Assembly (NCBI RefSeq): GCF_009914755.1
Contig: NC_060932.1
Reading direction: 5' to 3' (one strand)
Length of the DNA stretch: 64,000 nt
Origin: the human T2T-CHM13v2.0 reference genome, Homo sapiens
Shown here: one piece after another, positions 39,313 through 56,900 of the stretch
Layout: each line of letters starts with the position of its first letter
Position numbering within the stretch: position 1 is the first letter of the stretch
Position numbers and translations under genes: made by a program
The notes under the pieces: generated by a model
What the model was told of the DNA's origin: nothing
The model's database searches: none
The model's input: the letters and a program-made list of their open reading frames with translations, nothing else

Positions 39313-41521
39313 TATCACTTTTAAAATATATAATTTAAAATAATTTTTGTAAGTGAAGATTTATAATATCAGAAAGCTGTATAAGAAACTATTAATATGC
39401 CATCAAAAGCCATCACCACATTCCATTTTTTCCTTATCCTATACACAAGAAAATTATTAAGAAACAAAATTAACAATCTCTTTCCAAATTTCTGAATTGG
39501 AAGGATGCTATCCAGTAGGATGGCAGGTACTAGTCAAGAAAACATGGGGACTTGATGTTTGAGTGGGATTGCCATGTTTTACTGATACAAATTCTCATTT
39601 GGTTCTCCCAAAGGCTTCTGATCACTGTGTTTATAGGGGTGTGAGATAGGGTCTAAAAAGCCTGGCTTATAATTTTTAATAGGCTATTTTTATTCAGGGG
39701 AGTTGTTGCTACTAGACAAGTGCCTTCATTGCTAGGGACTTTATGCAGATATGGGAAATAGCAGCATAGTAGGAGACACTGGAAGGAAATTGTGCAGTTT
39801 GATCCACAAAATTGCTAACAGTGGGAAATGTCCCTTTGCCTTGATAATCTCTGTAGAATGTATTCCATGGGCTGAACTAAAAATAAATAAATCCTACAGC
39901 ATGCTAAACCATTGTGAGGAAGTACAGTGAGAAGTGGATTGACAAACGAGAGCAAACAATAACAACTGAAATAATTTACCAAGACAACTTACAAAATAAG
40001 TCACTAAATGCATGTACAGGCATTTGAAGTTTCATCTGGTGGAAGGGTTGTAGAGAATATTCCTTGTCCCCCTCAGTGTGTTTAATTTTCTTCTACTCAT
40101 TGTACCAAGGTCTGGCCTCATTATAAGCATGCTATTCCAGGTGAATTGAAAAGAAGTTGCATAGATACCTTGCCATTATTAATCACTGCCTCTATTGTCA
40201 AAAGCTATTTGCAGATATTTTATCTCATTCTATCTAAAAATTATTCCGATGTATTTATGGTTTGCTCTTCTTTTGTACTACAATTTGGTACATGAAAATG
40301 GTGCTCTACAAATCAGGGAGTAGTGAAAGTAATAATTTGTCCACACAAATTAGACTCTGATGTACTACTATTCTCTAATGTCTCTCATATTCGCCTTTGC
40401 ATCACCAACCACTGTGGATTTTTTCAAATGTGCAAAGAAAATTGCAGCTATTTAAAATAACCTAGAGAGGGAGAATGATAGGCAATATCCTAACTACCTT
40501 AGCCCTTTACATTTCAGCAGCCTTGTTGCCAAGGAAACCACTTGGGACTTTAGGGAAATTTGTGGATATTTAAAATGGATTGTGCCCGTACATAGATAGA
40601 CACTTGTACAATTCACATGGCAGAATAAAAAGCTTCCAGCCCTGCAATATTAAGCCTGGAATTTCAAGGACTGAAAAGAGGAAATAACAAAATGCAAAGG
40701 TTTATTCACTTATATGCCAACACGTATGCTGTTTACAGTATTTCAGATTATTATTAGGCTAGGCAGTTAAAAAATAAGAATCTATCGAGCAGAATAAACA
40801 ATGCAATATAAACCTCATAAAACTTACACTTTTATTTGCATTTCTGATTTGCAAGTTTAACATTGCATCACCATTTTGACAATTTCCAAGGTATACTGCA
40901 GTTTTTAAAATCTAAGCAGAAATGCAGATAAATTCCTTACTGGGCTCGGCTGGAAATTGACTGAATTCTATGTAAGTGCAGACATGAATCTTTACTCATA
41001 ATACTGTGAATAAAATGCAGATATTAGAAGAGAAAGAAGCTAGGCTGACATACCAAAATCCCTTGAGTGGGTTTTTCAGTTTCTATGTGTTTATGTCTGC
41101 CTTCTTATTTTTATTCCTTTACAAATTTCTGCTGAAGATGGGATATTCTTAGTGAGAAAACTGACTGCAGAATAGAAAGCAGGCATACAAACGGACTTTC
41201 ATATATTATTTCCACATATATTCATGGTCAATTTTTGAACCTATTCTCAGAGTCTTGCTCTCCCTAGACATGCAGGATGACTTTTTCATATTCTCCTTAC
41301 ACTTCTGTCACACGAGAGATTCAGCTTCCCCCCACCAGCTCATCTTAAGGAACTCAAGAGCATCGATACAAAAGGTCTGCAAAGCGCAAGTCACTGGCCT
41401 GACAATATATATGTCTGTTTTAACAAAGATTTAGCTGACAGGTAGTTACACGGGAGCTCCTACCTTTGATGGTTCCAGAGTGTGAATAGTGAAAATTCAT
41501 GAAACCAGAAGTAAAACATTG

Positions 41522-42065
41522 TGTAATGGTTAATTTTAATGTGCCAACTTGACTGCACCACAGGGCGCCTATATATTTAGTGAAGCATTATTCTGGTTGT
41601 GTCTATGGGGGTGTTTCTGGGGGAGATTAACATTTGAATTGGTGGTCTGAGTAAAGCAGATTGCCCTCCCCGATGTGGATGGGCATCATCCACTCAGCTG
41701 AAAGCCTCTGTAGAACAAAAAGCAAAGTAAGGGAGAGTTTACTTACTCTATCTGACTGTCTTCAAGCTTGGACGTTGGTCTTCCCTTGTCTTCAGACTCA
41801 CACTTGGAGTATAACAACGTATATCATTAACTTTCCCAGGTTTCTGCTGTCTTCAGATCTTGAGACTACTCAGCCTCTATAATTTCATGAGACAATGCCA
41901 TATAATAAATTTATTTACAAGCATATATATTATGTGTATATATTTACACATTTAATATTTATACATATATATAACATTGCATACATATTTATATATTTTA
42001 ACATTGTGTATAAAAATATATTTCCCTTTGGTTCTGTCTCTCTCTGGGGAACCCAGACTAAGACA
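41522..42065 (+). mobile_element. MLT2B-type solo LTR
   Basis: tgtaatggttaattttaatgtgccaacttgactg...gagtaaagcagattgccctccc...ggggaacccagactaagaca. Confidence 0.88.
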
Positions 42066-42189
42066 TATGTGTAATTTAATAATATACAGTGTCTATATCT
42101 TTTAATAATTCACCATTATGAGGTGTTACAATTTCAATCACATTCATTCATGGACATGTGTTCTCAGCAAAAAATAAACATTTATATAA

Positions 42190-43510
42190 ACATAACTTTC
42201 AGATACTAGCTGAAGATTCATAGTGAACACAGCGTGCTAACTTATCCTATTCTAAATTCCTTCTAAAATTATTTAAATGATAGAAAAATTAGAGATATCA
42301 TGCCTCAGGATCCAGGATTAATAGAAAGTACAATTTACCTAAAAATAACACAGAGGAATTTCAGTTGGATATTTTCTAGATAGAGTTCAAATGAAAATTT
42401 TGAAATAACAACAACAACAAACAAAGTAAAAGCAGAAAGACAAGAGAGGAATATTTGGATGCAACAAATGGACCTGATTGCTAGAGGCAAGAGCTAGAAA
42501 GAGGGGTAATGACAGAACCCTTGCCTTGGAATCCCTTTCTCCAGTAAGAATAAGAATATTAGAAAGTAATTCATAGAGAATTCCAGAAGCATCTCCAAGT
42601 AGAAAACACAGTGGGCATCAACAGCTGCTTTCTCCCTACCTCAGCATAATTGGGCTTTTCTCTGGATCAGCAGGCCTGCTGCCGGCTACAGTGGGCACTG
42701 ATACCAACTAGACTTTGAGGAGAAAAGGTTAATATACGCACTTGATTTTGGACATATTTGTTATTGATAATCATGCCACCATTTGTGTGTGGGTAAAGAG
42801 GAAAAAATCATAACACATAGCATATAAAAAGAGTACACACAATAAGATAAGGTGAGCTCAGCCCATCAGAATCAGAGAAAAAACCTACTTAAAAAGTTTT
42901 TCCAAACCTACAGAATAAAGAAGTAGATTTTAAAAAGTGCCTGCTTTGTCTTGCAGTAAAAAGAAAAGAATTGAACACCATGAAACAAGAGATGAAAGAT
43001 GAGAGGATAAGACAACAGACTGAGATATAAAATGGAGCTAGCTGGGAGCCAGACAGAAGGGCAAAAGGAGCTGAACGAGATAAGGAAAAAATGAAAGGAA
43101 ACTCAAGATACAATAACTAATTTTAAAACTGCTTTGAAAGCAGTAAAGAGAGGAATCCATACTGTAAAAACTGAATCAGTGATGTGAAAGCTGAACTTTT
43201 GAGCCTTTTTTTTATTATTAAGCAATAAATTGCTCAGAGTTAGACTATATTTTTAAAAAATTAAAAACATAAAATTAGCCATAGAAAAAATGAACAAATG
43301 AGAATTATGGCAGAAATTGATATATTTTTAAATAAATAAATAAATTTTAAAATAACCACATTATTAAAACAATAGGAAAGCACAACATAGTTGAGAAGCC
43401 TCTAAGTAGTATATTTAAGCAAAAAAAAGAAACAAAGAAAAATACATAAGACATATAAATTTAAAAAGGCTAAAAATAAGTAAGGGAAAATAAACAGAAA
43501 TATGGAAACA
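42190..43510 (+). mobile_element. Highly degraded ancient L1M/HAL1-like 5' region; L1M ORF2-like sequence resumes at about 49580-50500
   Basis: A-rich ORF1-like composition; ttccagagcatagaaaaa and aggtgctgaaaagacgtttgataa after the young L1. Confidence 0.45.
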
Positions 43511-43525
43511 TAAGAAAGAAATGCC

Positions 43526-44419
43526 AGGAGGAGCCAAGATGGCCGAATAGGAACAGCTCCGGTCTACAGCTCACACCAATGCAGAAGACGGTGATTTCTG
43601 CATTTCCATCTGAGGTACTGGGTTCATCTCACTAGGGAGTGCCAGACAGTGGGCGCAGGTCAGTGGGTGCCCACACCGTGCGCGAGCTGAAGCAGGGCGA
43701 GGCATTGCCTCACTTGAGAAGCCCAAGGGGTCAGGGAGTTCCCTTTCCGAGTCAAAGAAAGGGGTGACGGACAGCACCTGGAAAATCCGGTCACTCCCAC
43801 CCGAATACTGCGCTTTTCCGACGGGCTTAAAAAACGGCGCACCACGAGATTATAACCCGCACCTGGCTCAGAGGGTCCTACGCCCATGGAGTCTCGCTGA
43901 TTGCTAGCACAGCAGTCTGAGATCAAACTGCAAGGCGGCAGCGAGGCTGGGGGAGGGGCGCCCGCCATTGCCCAGGCTTGATTAGGTAAACAAAGCAGCC
44001 GGGAAGCTCGAACTGGGCGGAGCCCACCACAGCTCAAGGAGGCCTGCCCGCCTCTGTAGGCTCCACCTCTGGGGGCAGGGCACAGACAAACAAAAAGACA
44101 GCAGTAACCTCTGCAGACTTAAATTTCCCTGACAGCTTTGAAGAGAGGAGTGGTTCTCCCAGCACGCAGCTGGAGATCTGGGAACTGGCAGACTGCCTCC
44201 TCAAGTGAGTCCCTGACCCCTGACCCCTGAGCAGCCTAACTGGGAGGAACCCCCCAGCAGGGGCACACTGACACCTCACACGGCAGGGTATTCCAACAGA
44301 CCTGCAGCTGAGGGTCCTGTCTGTTAGAAGGAAAACTAACAAACAGAAAGGACATCCACACCAAAAACCCATCTGTACATCACCATCATCAAAGACCAAA
44401 AGTAGATAAAACCACAAAG
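43526..44419 (+). promoter_or_regulatory. L1 5'UTR internal sense promoter (YY1 site aagatggcc intact) and antisense promoter; CpG-rich
   Basis: Recognisable L1PA 5'UTR with many retained CpGs at 43540-44060. Confidence 0.8.
43660..43968 (-). CDS. ORF0: L1 ORF0, open 102-aa form
   Basis: MAGAPPPASLPPCSLISDCCASNQRDSMGVGPSEPGAGYNLVVRRFLS...; gcaATGg Kozak; open to TGA at 43660; expression unknown. Confidence 0.55.
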   Translation of the reverse strand: MAGAPPPASLPPCSLISDCCASNQRDSMGVGPSEPGAGYNLVVRRFLSPSEKRSIRVGVTGFSRCCPSPLSLTRKGNSLTPWASQVRQCLALLQLAHGVGTH

Positions 44420-45435
44420 ATGGGGAAAAAACAGAACAGAAAAACTGGAAACTCTAAAAAGCAGAGCGCCTCTCCTCTTCCAAAGGAACGCAGTTCCTCA
44501 CCAGCAATGGAACAAAGCTGGATGGAGAATGACTTTGACGAGCTGAGAGAAGAAGGCTTCAGATGATCAAATTACTCTGAGCTACGGGAGGACATTCAAA
44601 CCAAAGGCAAAGAAGTTGAAAACTTTGAAAAAATTTAGAAGAATGTATAACTAGAATAACCAATACAGAGAAGTGCTTAAAGGAGCTGATGGAGCTGAAA
44701 ACCAAGGCTCGAGAACTACGTGAAGAATGCAGAAGCCTCAGGAGCTGATGCGATCAACTGGAAGAAAGGGTATCAGCGATGGAAGATGAAATGAATGGAA
44801 TGAAGTGAGAAGGGAAGTTTAGAGAAAAAAGAATAAAAAGAAATGAGCAAAGCCTCCAAGAAATATGGGACTATGTGAAAAGACCAAATCTACGTCTGAT
44901 TGGTGTACCTGAAAGTGATGGGGAGAATGGAACCAAGTTGGAAAACACTCTGCAAGATATTATCCAGGAGAACTTCCCCAATCTAGCAAGGCAGGCCAAC
45001 GTTCAGATTCAGGAAATACAGAGAACTCCACAAAGATACTCCTCGAGAAGAGCAACTCCAAGACACATAATTGTCAGATTCACCAAAGTTGAAATGAAGG
45101 AAAAAATGTTAAGGGCAGCCAGAGAGAAAGGTGGGGTTACCCTCAAAGGGAAGCCCATCAGACTAACAGTGGATCTCTCAGCAGAAACTCTACAAGCCAG
45201 AAGAGAGTGGGGGCCAATATTCAACATTCTTAAAGAAAAGAATTTTCAACCCAGAATTTCATATCCAGCCAAATTAAGCTTCATAAGCGAAGGAGAAATA
45301 AAATACTTTACAGACAATCAAATGCTGAGAGATTTTGTCACCACCAGGCCTGCCCTAAAAGAGCTCCTGAAGGAAGCACTAAACATGGAAAGGAACAACC
45401 AGTACCAGCTGCTGCAAAATCATGCCAAAATGTAA
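44420..45435 (+). pseudogene. L1 ORF1, disrupted
   Basis: ATG 44420; several CGA>TGA changes and a -1 frameshift in the A-run near 44630; C-terminal 186 aa open (RPNLRLIGVPE...YPAKLS). Confidence 0.95.
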
Positions 45436-45498
45436 AGACCATCGAGACTAGGAAGAAACTGCATCAACTAACGAGCAAAATAACCAGCTAACATCATA

Positions 45499-49309
<3,811 letters not shown>

Positions 49310-50274
49310 ACAATGAGATCACATGGACACAGGAAGGGGAATATCACACTCTGGGGACTGTTGTGGGGTGGGGGGAGCGGGGAGGGATAGCACTGGGAGA
49401 TATACCTAATGCTAGATGACGAGTTAGTGGGTGCAGTGCACCAGCATGGCACATGTATACATATGTAACTAACCTGCACATTGTGCCCATGTACCCTAAA
49501 ACTTAAAGTATAATTTAAAAAAAACAAAAAAAAAACAAAAACAAACAAACAAACAAAAGCAAAAGAAAAAGAAAGAAATGCCTATGCTAATACTTTTTAA
49601 AAGCTTTGTGAAATACAGTATTCTAAGAATATATAAATTAACAAAAATGATTTCCCAATGCTTAGTGGTTTAACAGAATAAATAATAATAAAATATGTTT
49701 CATAATTGATATTCCAGATTTCCCAAGGAAAGTTTTCAGATTCATTTGGTATTATAATTTCTTCTAAATCCACGAGAAACAAAAAATTGTCTCCTAGAAA
49801 TGGTTCCAGAGCATAGAAAAATTAGAAAATTGTGTTAATTTGTTTTTAGAAGACAACATAACCCATTAGCAAAAACAGGCAGAAAAACCTAAAGACAGAA
49901 CTCATTTAAGAATATTCGTAATGAAAAACTAGCAAAGCAAATCCGGAGTGTTGTTAGTCAAGTAATAAAAACATAACCAAGTAGGGTCTAGTCTAGTTAG
50001 ATAATGAGGAAACAACATAAGAAACCCTATTAATATGTACTAATATCAGAGAAACAAAGAATAAAAATGGCACCATCATCATAGGTGCTGAAAAGACGTT
50101 TGATAATAGTAGTTAATATTTATTCAGGATAAAAGTAGTATTTGCCAACAGAAAAACAGAGTCTCTTAATAATGCAGAAACATTGCATAAAACTCTTAAT
50201 ACTGCAATGATGTCATCTCCTTAAAATGAGCTACAGATTCAGTTCAATCTCAGTTTAAATCTCAGCAGGTATGA

Positions 50275-50276
<2 letters not shown>

Positions 50277-50310
<34 letters not shown>
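50277..50310. repeat. (GT)17 microsatellite
   Basis: Read directly. Confidence 0.97.
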
Positions 50311-50313
<3 letters not shown>

Positions 50314-50509
50314 AATCAACAAGCTTATTCTAAGATGTATATGAACAAGCCAAGAAGATAGTAAGTCAATATGAAAGAACAAATTTTGTGGATTTTTCAT
50401 TAATTAGTAATCTACAGTTAAAAAAAAAAAGACAGTGGGGTGTTTGCACAAGTATAGACACATAGAATAAAAAAACAGAACAGAGTCCAGAAAGTAGATT
50501 AAGAGTGGT

Positions 50510-51650
<1,141 letters not shown>

Positions 51651-52288
51651 GAGATACTTCCATTTCTAGTCATATGGTTGACTAGATTTTGCAGGAAAAA
51701 AAATGTTTTTTAGAGCAGAACACCTAAAAGACTGCCTAAAATATAAGAAACATCTCTTTAAAAGCATGGCTGAGCTATCAGTAAAGTAAGAGAAACAATT
51801 AAAATGGGAAACAATAAAGATTTGTCATTGCAAAAGAGTACACTCTAAAAATCCTGCTCTACTCTCAAAGCCTAAATCTGGGTTTAATGACCAACAGGCA
51901 TTAGGAGACAAAAGACAAATTTGGGGCCTATTCAAGTTGGAAGTCAAGATAGAGACCAAGTATAAAGCTAAGATACTCTTAGTAGATACAGTAGTAAAAC
52001 ATTCACTTCAAAGACAAAGAGTTGATTATTTTGGTCTTTGTCATAGCTAAGAGGGCTGATGGAGAAAGAAACTTATGAGAATTCCTAAACAAAACCCAGC
52101 ATTTATGTGACCTGAGGACCAGAATGTACATCCCCTTTGGAGCTCAAGCCAAAATTTAGTGTAACGTGGTCACAGGCTTGGAGTGTCACCAATCACCTAG
52201 CAAAAGTAAAGTCAAATTATCACTTGGTGAGTGTATTTTAATCTGCATAATCTTAGAATTTGAACAGATAAAAAAAGCAGCATGAGTG

Positions 52289-52311
52289 CTCTCTCTCTCT
52301 CTCTCCCACTG

Positions 52312-52349
<38 letters not shown>

Positions 52350-52350
52350 A
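52289..52350. repeat. Compound (CT)n/(CA)n microsatellite
   Basis: Read directly. Confidence 0.9.
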
Positions 52351-52651
52351 CCACACTCCTCACAAGAAATCAAGCCATCAAGAACAAAAGCCAGCAGAAA
52401 CAACAACCAGAAGAAACAAGGCCCATGAAAATTGCATATTTTGGTATGATCACATTCACGATGTAAAATGAATGTTTGTCAAATACTTTAAAAATAAAAG
52501 AAGGAATTCAGAAGTAAAGTACAAGATATCACCAAGAGCAACCTGGATATTTTTTAAAAAGAACTAAGTAGAGCATCTGGAAAAATATAATAATTGAAAT
52601 TAAAAACCAAATTTTTATATTAGAAAACAAATTAGACACTCTTTAGGAGAT

Positions 52652-53201
52652 TGTGATGGTCAGTTTTATGTGTCAATTTGGCTAGTCATCCCCAATTATT
52701 TAATCAAGGTATGTTGTTGTGAAGGTATTTTGCAGATGTGACAAAAGTCTATAATCAGTTGCCATGAAGTAACAGGGATTTTTCTATGTCAACTTGGCTA
52801 GTTTTACGTGTCAGCTTGGCTAGTCATCCCCAATTATTCAATCAAGTAGCAATCTAGGCGTGTTGTTACGAAGGTATTTTGTAGATGTGACTGAAGTCTG
52901 TAATCAGTTGCCATGAAGTAATGGAGATTTTTCTGGACAATCTGGATGCACCTGAGTAAGTCACATGAAAGATTTTAAGAGCAGATCTGAGGTTTCCTTG
53001 AAAGAAAAGAAATTCTGCTTGTGGGACAGAAGCTGGAGCATATGACTGGAGTTTCAACCTGACCTTCCTAAAAGCCTGCCCTGTGTACTTGAACTTTCCT
53101 TGCTAGACCCAGCATCTCATAAACCAACTCTCTGCAATAAGTCTCTTAGCACATATCTCCTACTTGTTCTGCTTCTTTGGTTGTACCATGTGACTGATGG
53201 A
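52652..53201 (+). mobile_element. MLT2E/F-type solo LTR with internal tandem duplication
   Basis: tgtgatggtcagttttatgtgtcaatttggcta...ctacttgttctgcttctttggttg; TSD gagat/gaggt. Confidence 0.82.
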
Positions 53202-53408
53202 GAGGTGATTAACAAACTGAGAAAAGATTTGAAACCTCCCGAATGTAACACAAATATGAAAACGTTGAGAGATAAGAGATATAAAGGATAGAAAATAAAA
53301 TCCAATATGCATTTTTGTTATATTCAGAAGAGAACAATAAAGAGAATAGTCAAATGAAATATAGAAATAAATATTGCCTGTATTTTTACCAGAATTGATA
53401 AAAGATAC

Positions 53409-53878
53409 CATGAAGGTTAATTTTATGTGTCAACTTGGCTAGGCTATCATGCCCAGATGTTCTCTGAAACACCAATCTAGATGTTACCATGAAGGTATTT
53501 GTTGGATGTGCTTAATATTTAACTCGGTATACTTGGAGCAAAGCAGGTTACCGTCCGTAATGTGGATGAGCTGCATCCAATCAGTAGAAAAGCATCACAG
53601 AAAAAACTGAGGTCCACTGTGGAAGTGGAATTCTGCTTTCTGACTGCCTTTGGACTCCAGCTTCAATGACAACAGTTCCCTGGTCTCCGGCCTGCCAGCC
53701 TGCCCTACAGAGTTTGGACTTTCCAGTCCCCAAAATTGTGTGGTCCAATTGCTTAAAATAAATCTCTCTCTAAATCCCTCTCTCCGCATGCACACACGCA
53801 CACACACACACAGACATACACACACTCGCTCTTATACATCTTACTAAATGTCTTCTCTAGAGAACCCTGACTAATATA
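53409..53878 (+). mobile_element. MLT2C/D-type solo LTR
   Basis: ggttaattttatgtgtcaacttggctaggcta...gagaaccctgactaatata; TSD gatac/gatat. Confidence 0.88.
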
Positions 53879-54978
53879 GATATTAACATTTAGATTAAAG
53901 GAGCTAAAAATTCCAAGATAAAATGATATTCACATTTTAGTGAATCTACAAACCTCCAAAGGCAAAAAATAACATTTCAAAAGTAGTCAGAAAAAAATTA
54001 CCTACAAATGAACATTAATTAGAGTGAGAGTGGAATTCTCAAGGCAAAAATGGAGGAAATAAAAACTGGAAAATCTTTAAGAAAATAAATAAAATTAATA
54101 AATACATAAAATGTCTTGAAAGTCTCATAAAAACAGCAGTAAACACAGTATTATATAACTTCAAAAATTATATTTTAAGGAAAAAGTGAAGCGATTATCA
54201 AAGGGGAAAAAGCAGAATAAATTCATTAAGAACAGACATTCACTAAAAGAAAAATCTAATGGATACACTTCAGAAAAAGAAAGAAAAATGGTCCCCAAAG
54301 GAAATCTGTAAAAATGTTAGAAGAAAGGGTAAGAAAAATTAAATTATAAATTTTCTGATGAGCCCAAATTATATGGCTGATTAAGTGACAATGATTATGC
54401 CTAATTTGTAAGCTTAAATAATTATGATAGAATCTTGACAACCATAGCAAACAATTCAGAAGAGATTTAATATGAGCAAAACATTTTTTCAGAAGGAGAG
54501 TAAAGATATTGATGAGATTATATTAATTTAAATATACATGCTAAACATTCTAAGAAGAAAGTAGACTAAAGCATATAAATTTCTAACAGGTAAGGAAAAG
54601 ACAAAGAAAGAGGAAGTAAAAAAGAAAGGAGGAAGAGAGAGATGGAGGAAGAAGGAGGGGAAGTAGAAAAATCAGAAAGCACAAGATAAGATAGATGAGG
54701 GAAATAAATCCAGACATATATAACAGTAATCACAATCCATTTAAAGGGACAAAAAGCTTCAACTGAAAAATTAAAAAGTAAATCAAACTGAGCAATGTAG
54801 TGTGTATGAGAAACATATTTTAAAAATAAAGACTCAGAAAAGAGGAAAACTAAAAGTCTGGGTACCATTAGGAGATCGAAGTACATAGTAATTTGAATCG
54901 GGGAAGTTTAATATAAAGAAAACTAAACTTACGATAAAGCTGTAACTATAAAGATGTAATGGGAACTCTAAAGGGTAT

Positions 54979-55518
54979 TGTGTTAGTCAGGGTTCTCCAG
55001 AGAAACAGAAAGGATAGGATATACATAGATATGTAGTAAGAGATTTATTGTAAGATATTGGCTCAGGAGCCTATGGAGGCTAGGAAGTCCCACAATCTGC
55101 CCTCTGCAAGCTGGACAGCCAGGAAAGCCAGTGGTGCAATTCCAGTTGAATTCTGAATGTCCAAGGACTGGGGGTCAATGGTGCAAGTCCCAGTCCAAGT
55201 CTGAAGGCCTGAGAACCAGGTGTGCTGATGTCTGAGGGCAGAAGATGTACTCTCCAGCTCAAGGCAAAGAGTGAATTCACCTTTCCTTCACATTTTTGTC
55301 TTATGTGGATCCTCAATGGATTGAGTGGTGCTCACCCACACCGGTGAGGGCAGATCTTCTTTACACAGTCTACTCCTTCAAATACTAATCTCTTCTAGAA
55401 ACACCGTCCCAGACATCCCTGGTAGGAATATTTTTTTGTTTTGTTTTGTTTTGTTTTTTACCACTTTTCTGGGTATCCCTTAGCCCGGTCAGGTTGACAC
55501 ATAAAATTAACCATCACA
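54979..55518 (-). mobile_element. MLT2B3-like solo LTR, nested in a probable older ERVL LTR fragment (about 54855-55565)
   Basis: tgtgttagtcagggttctccagagaaacagaa...gttgacacataaaattaaccatcaca; TSD ggtat/ggtac. Confidence 0.9.
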
Positions 55519-55721
55519 GGTACCTTAGGGCAGAAGAATATCCAAGAGGGGACTAACTTGAGGCACCGCGGGTTATGATTTTCTGTTTCACTTATCCCTA
55601 AACACTAATGGAGTACAGGCAGTGAGACATTGTCAGAGGATGCAATAGTGAGTGTGTGGCCTGTCCTTACTCTCACGGGGTCAAATGTAATATTTGGCCC
55701 TCTGTAAAAGTAACAGTATAT

Positions 55722-56015
55722 TATTATTTATGTGTGTATCTATTTATTTTGGAGACAAGGTTTCACTCTGACACCCAGGCTGGAGTGCTGTGACATGATC
55801 ATAGCTCACTGCAGCCTTAATCTACTCAAGCGATCCTCTCACCTCCCGCCTCCCAAGTAGCTGGGAGGTGTGCACCACCATGCCTTGCTGTTTTTAGTTG
55901 AGACAGGATCTCACTGTGTTACAAAGGCTGGTCTCAAACACATGACCTCAAAAGATCCTCTTGCCTGGGCTTCCCAAAGTGGTAGGATCACAGGCATGAG
56001 CCACTGCACCCAGTC
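55722..56015 (-). mobile_element. AluJ (Jo/Jr)
   Basis: gatcatagctcactgcagcctt, ggatctcactgtgtt; degenerate TSD aagtaacagtatatt/aagaacaatacatt. Confidence 0.92.
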
Positions 56016-56499
56016 AAGAACAATACATTACACTCCAGAAATAACACTATCCCACATTAAAGACAAATAAATAAATTATCCTTTAGCTTTGATCTTATCT
56101 AATTTGACATCACAATTTATTTACTTTTCATGGAATCAATTTTCTCCCTTTAAACACCTCTGCTTTTCTTCTGTGAATGATCTCCAACATTTTTTTGTAT
56201 GACTTTAGCGCAGTGAACATAACAGAACACATAATTAAAAGAACATTAACATTTTTATCTGGCTGATTCTCGTAAGATTCATCTTTTGATGTGTTTAAAG
56301 CAGGTTAACTTTCATGTCCAACCAGTCCTTGCCAAATCTGCATTTGTTCTGGAGTTTGTGCTTCTTTTCTCCTGTTTTATTTCTTCCTGCTTATATCTTA
56401 ATTGGAGAATTCTTGTTTTCTACAATATAATTGAAATACTAAGTAGATCATTTTTTAACGGCATTTGATGTCAGAGGACACTCTTAAAGTAACATTCAT

Positions 56500-56900
56500 G
56501 GTAGCCCAAGTTTTTCCTAAGCCATTTTTTTGGCTTTGGCCTCCAAGTTATGTTTATGAATCATCTAAGAACTGAAAGGAACATGCTCCAGAGGTGTCCT
56601 TGTTAATCAGAATATCATATGATATTGAATTGAGAACCTTCTTAAAATCATATACACATATATATTATATCTTATATGCCACTTTTGCCTATGTAAACTG
56701 TCTGTGAGATATGTTCTTTGCAAAGATATGTGTTGTACCTGAGAGTATTCTAGAAGATCACTAGATTGATTGCTGATTATTCTATTATCTTCACAATTTT
56801 TCACACTGAACTGCTCTAATTTACAGAATCAACTTTTCTTCCTTTTTCTAAAAATGGGAACAGCATTATCTTCTCTAATTCTCCCATAAGTTATCAAAGG
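56500..56900 (-). mobile_element. CR1-like LINE remnant
   Basis: Minus strand gttcccatttttagaaaaaggaagaaaagttgattctgtaaattag resembles the CR1 VPIFKKG..D..NY motif, with a frameshift. Confidence 0.4.

Larger units (their letters stand above)
51655..54850 (+). mobile_element. Ancient L1ME-type 5'/ORF1 region interrupted by two MLT2 LTRs
   Basis: acttccatttctagtcatatgg 5' end; ORF1-like motifs attagacac...gattaacaaactg, ttttaccagaattgataaaagatac. Confidence 0.6.

Noticed and set aside
49353-49386. G-quadruplex in the L1 3'UTR
   Set aside because: Real motif but a standard feature of young L1 3'UTRs, so not novel.
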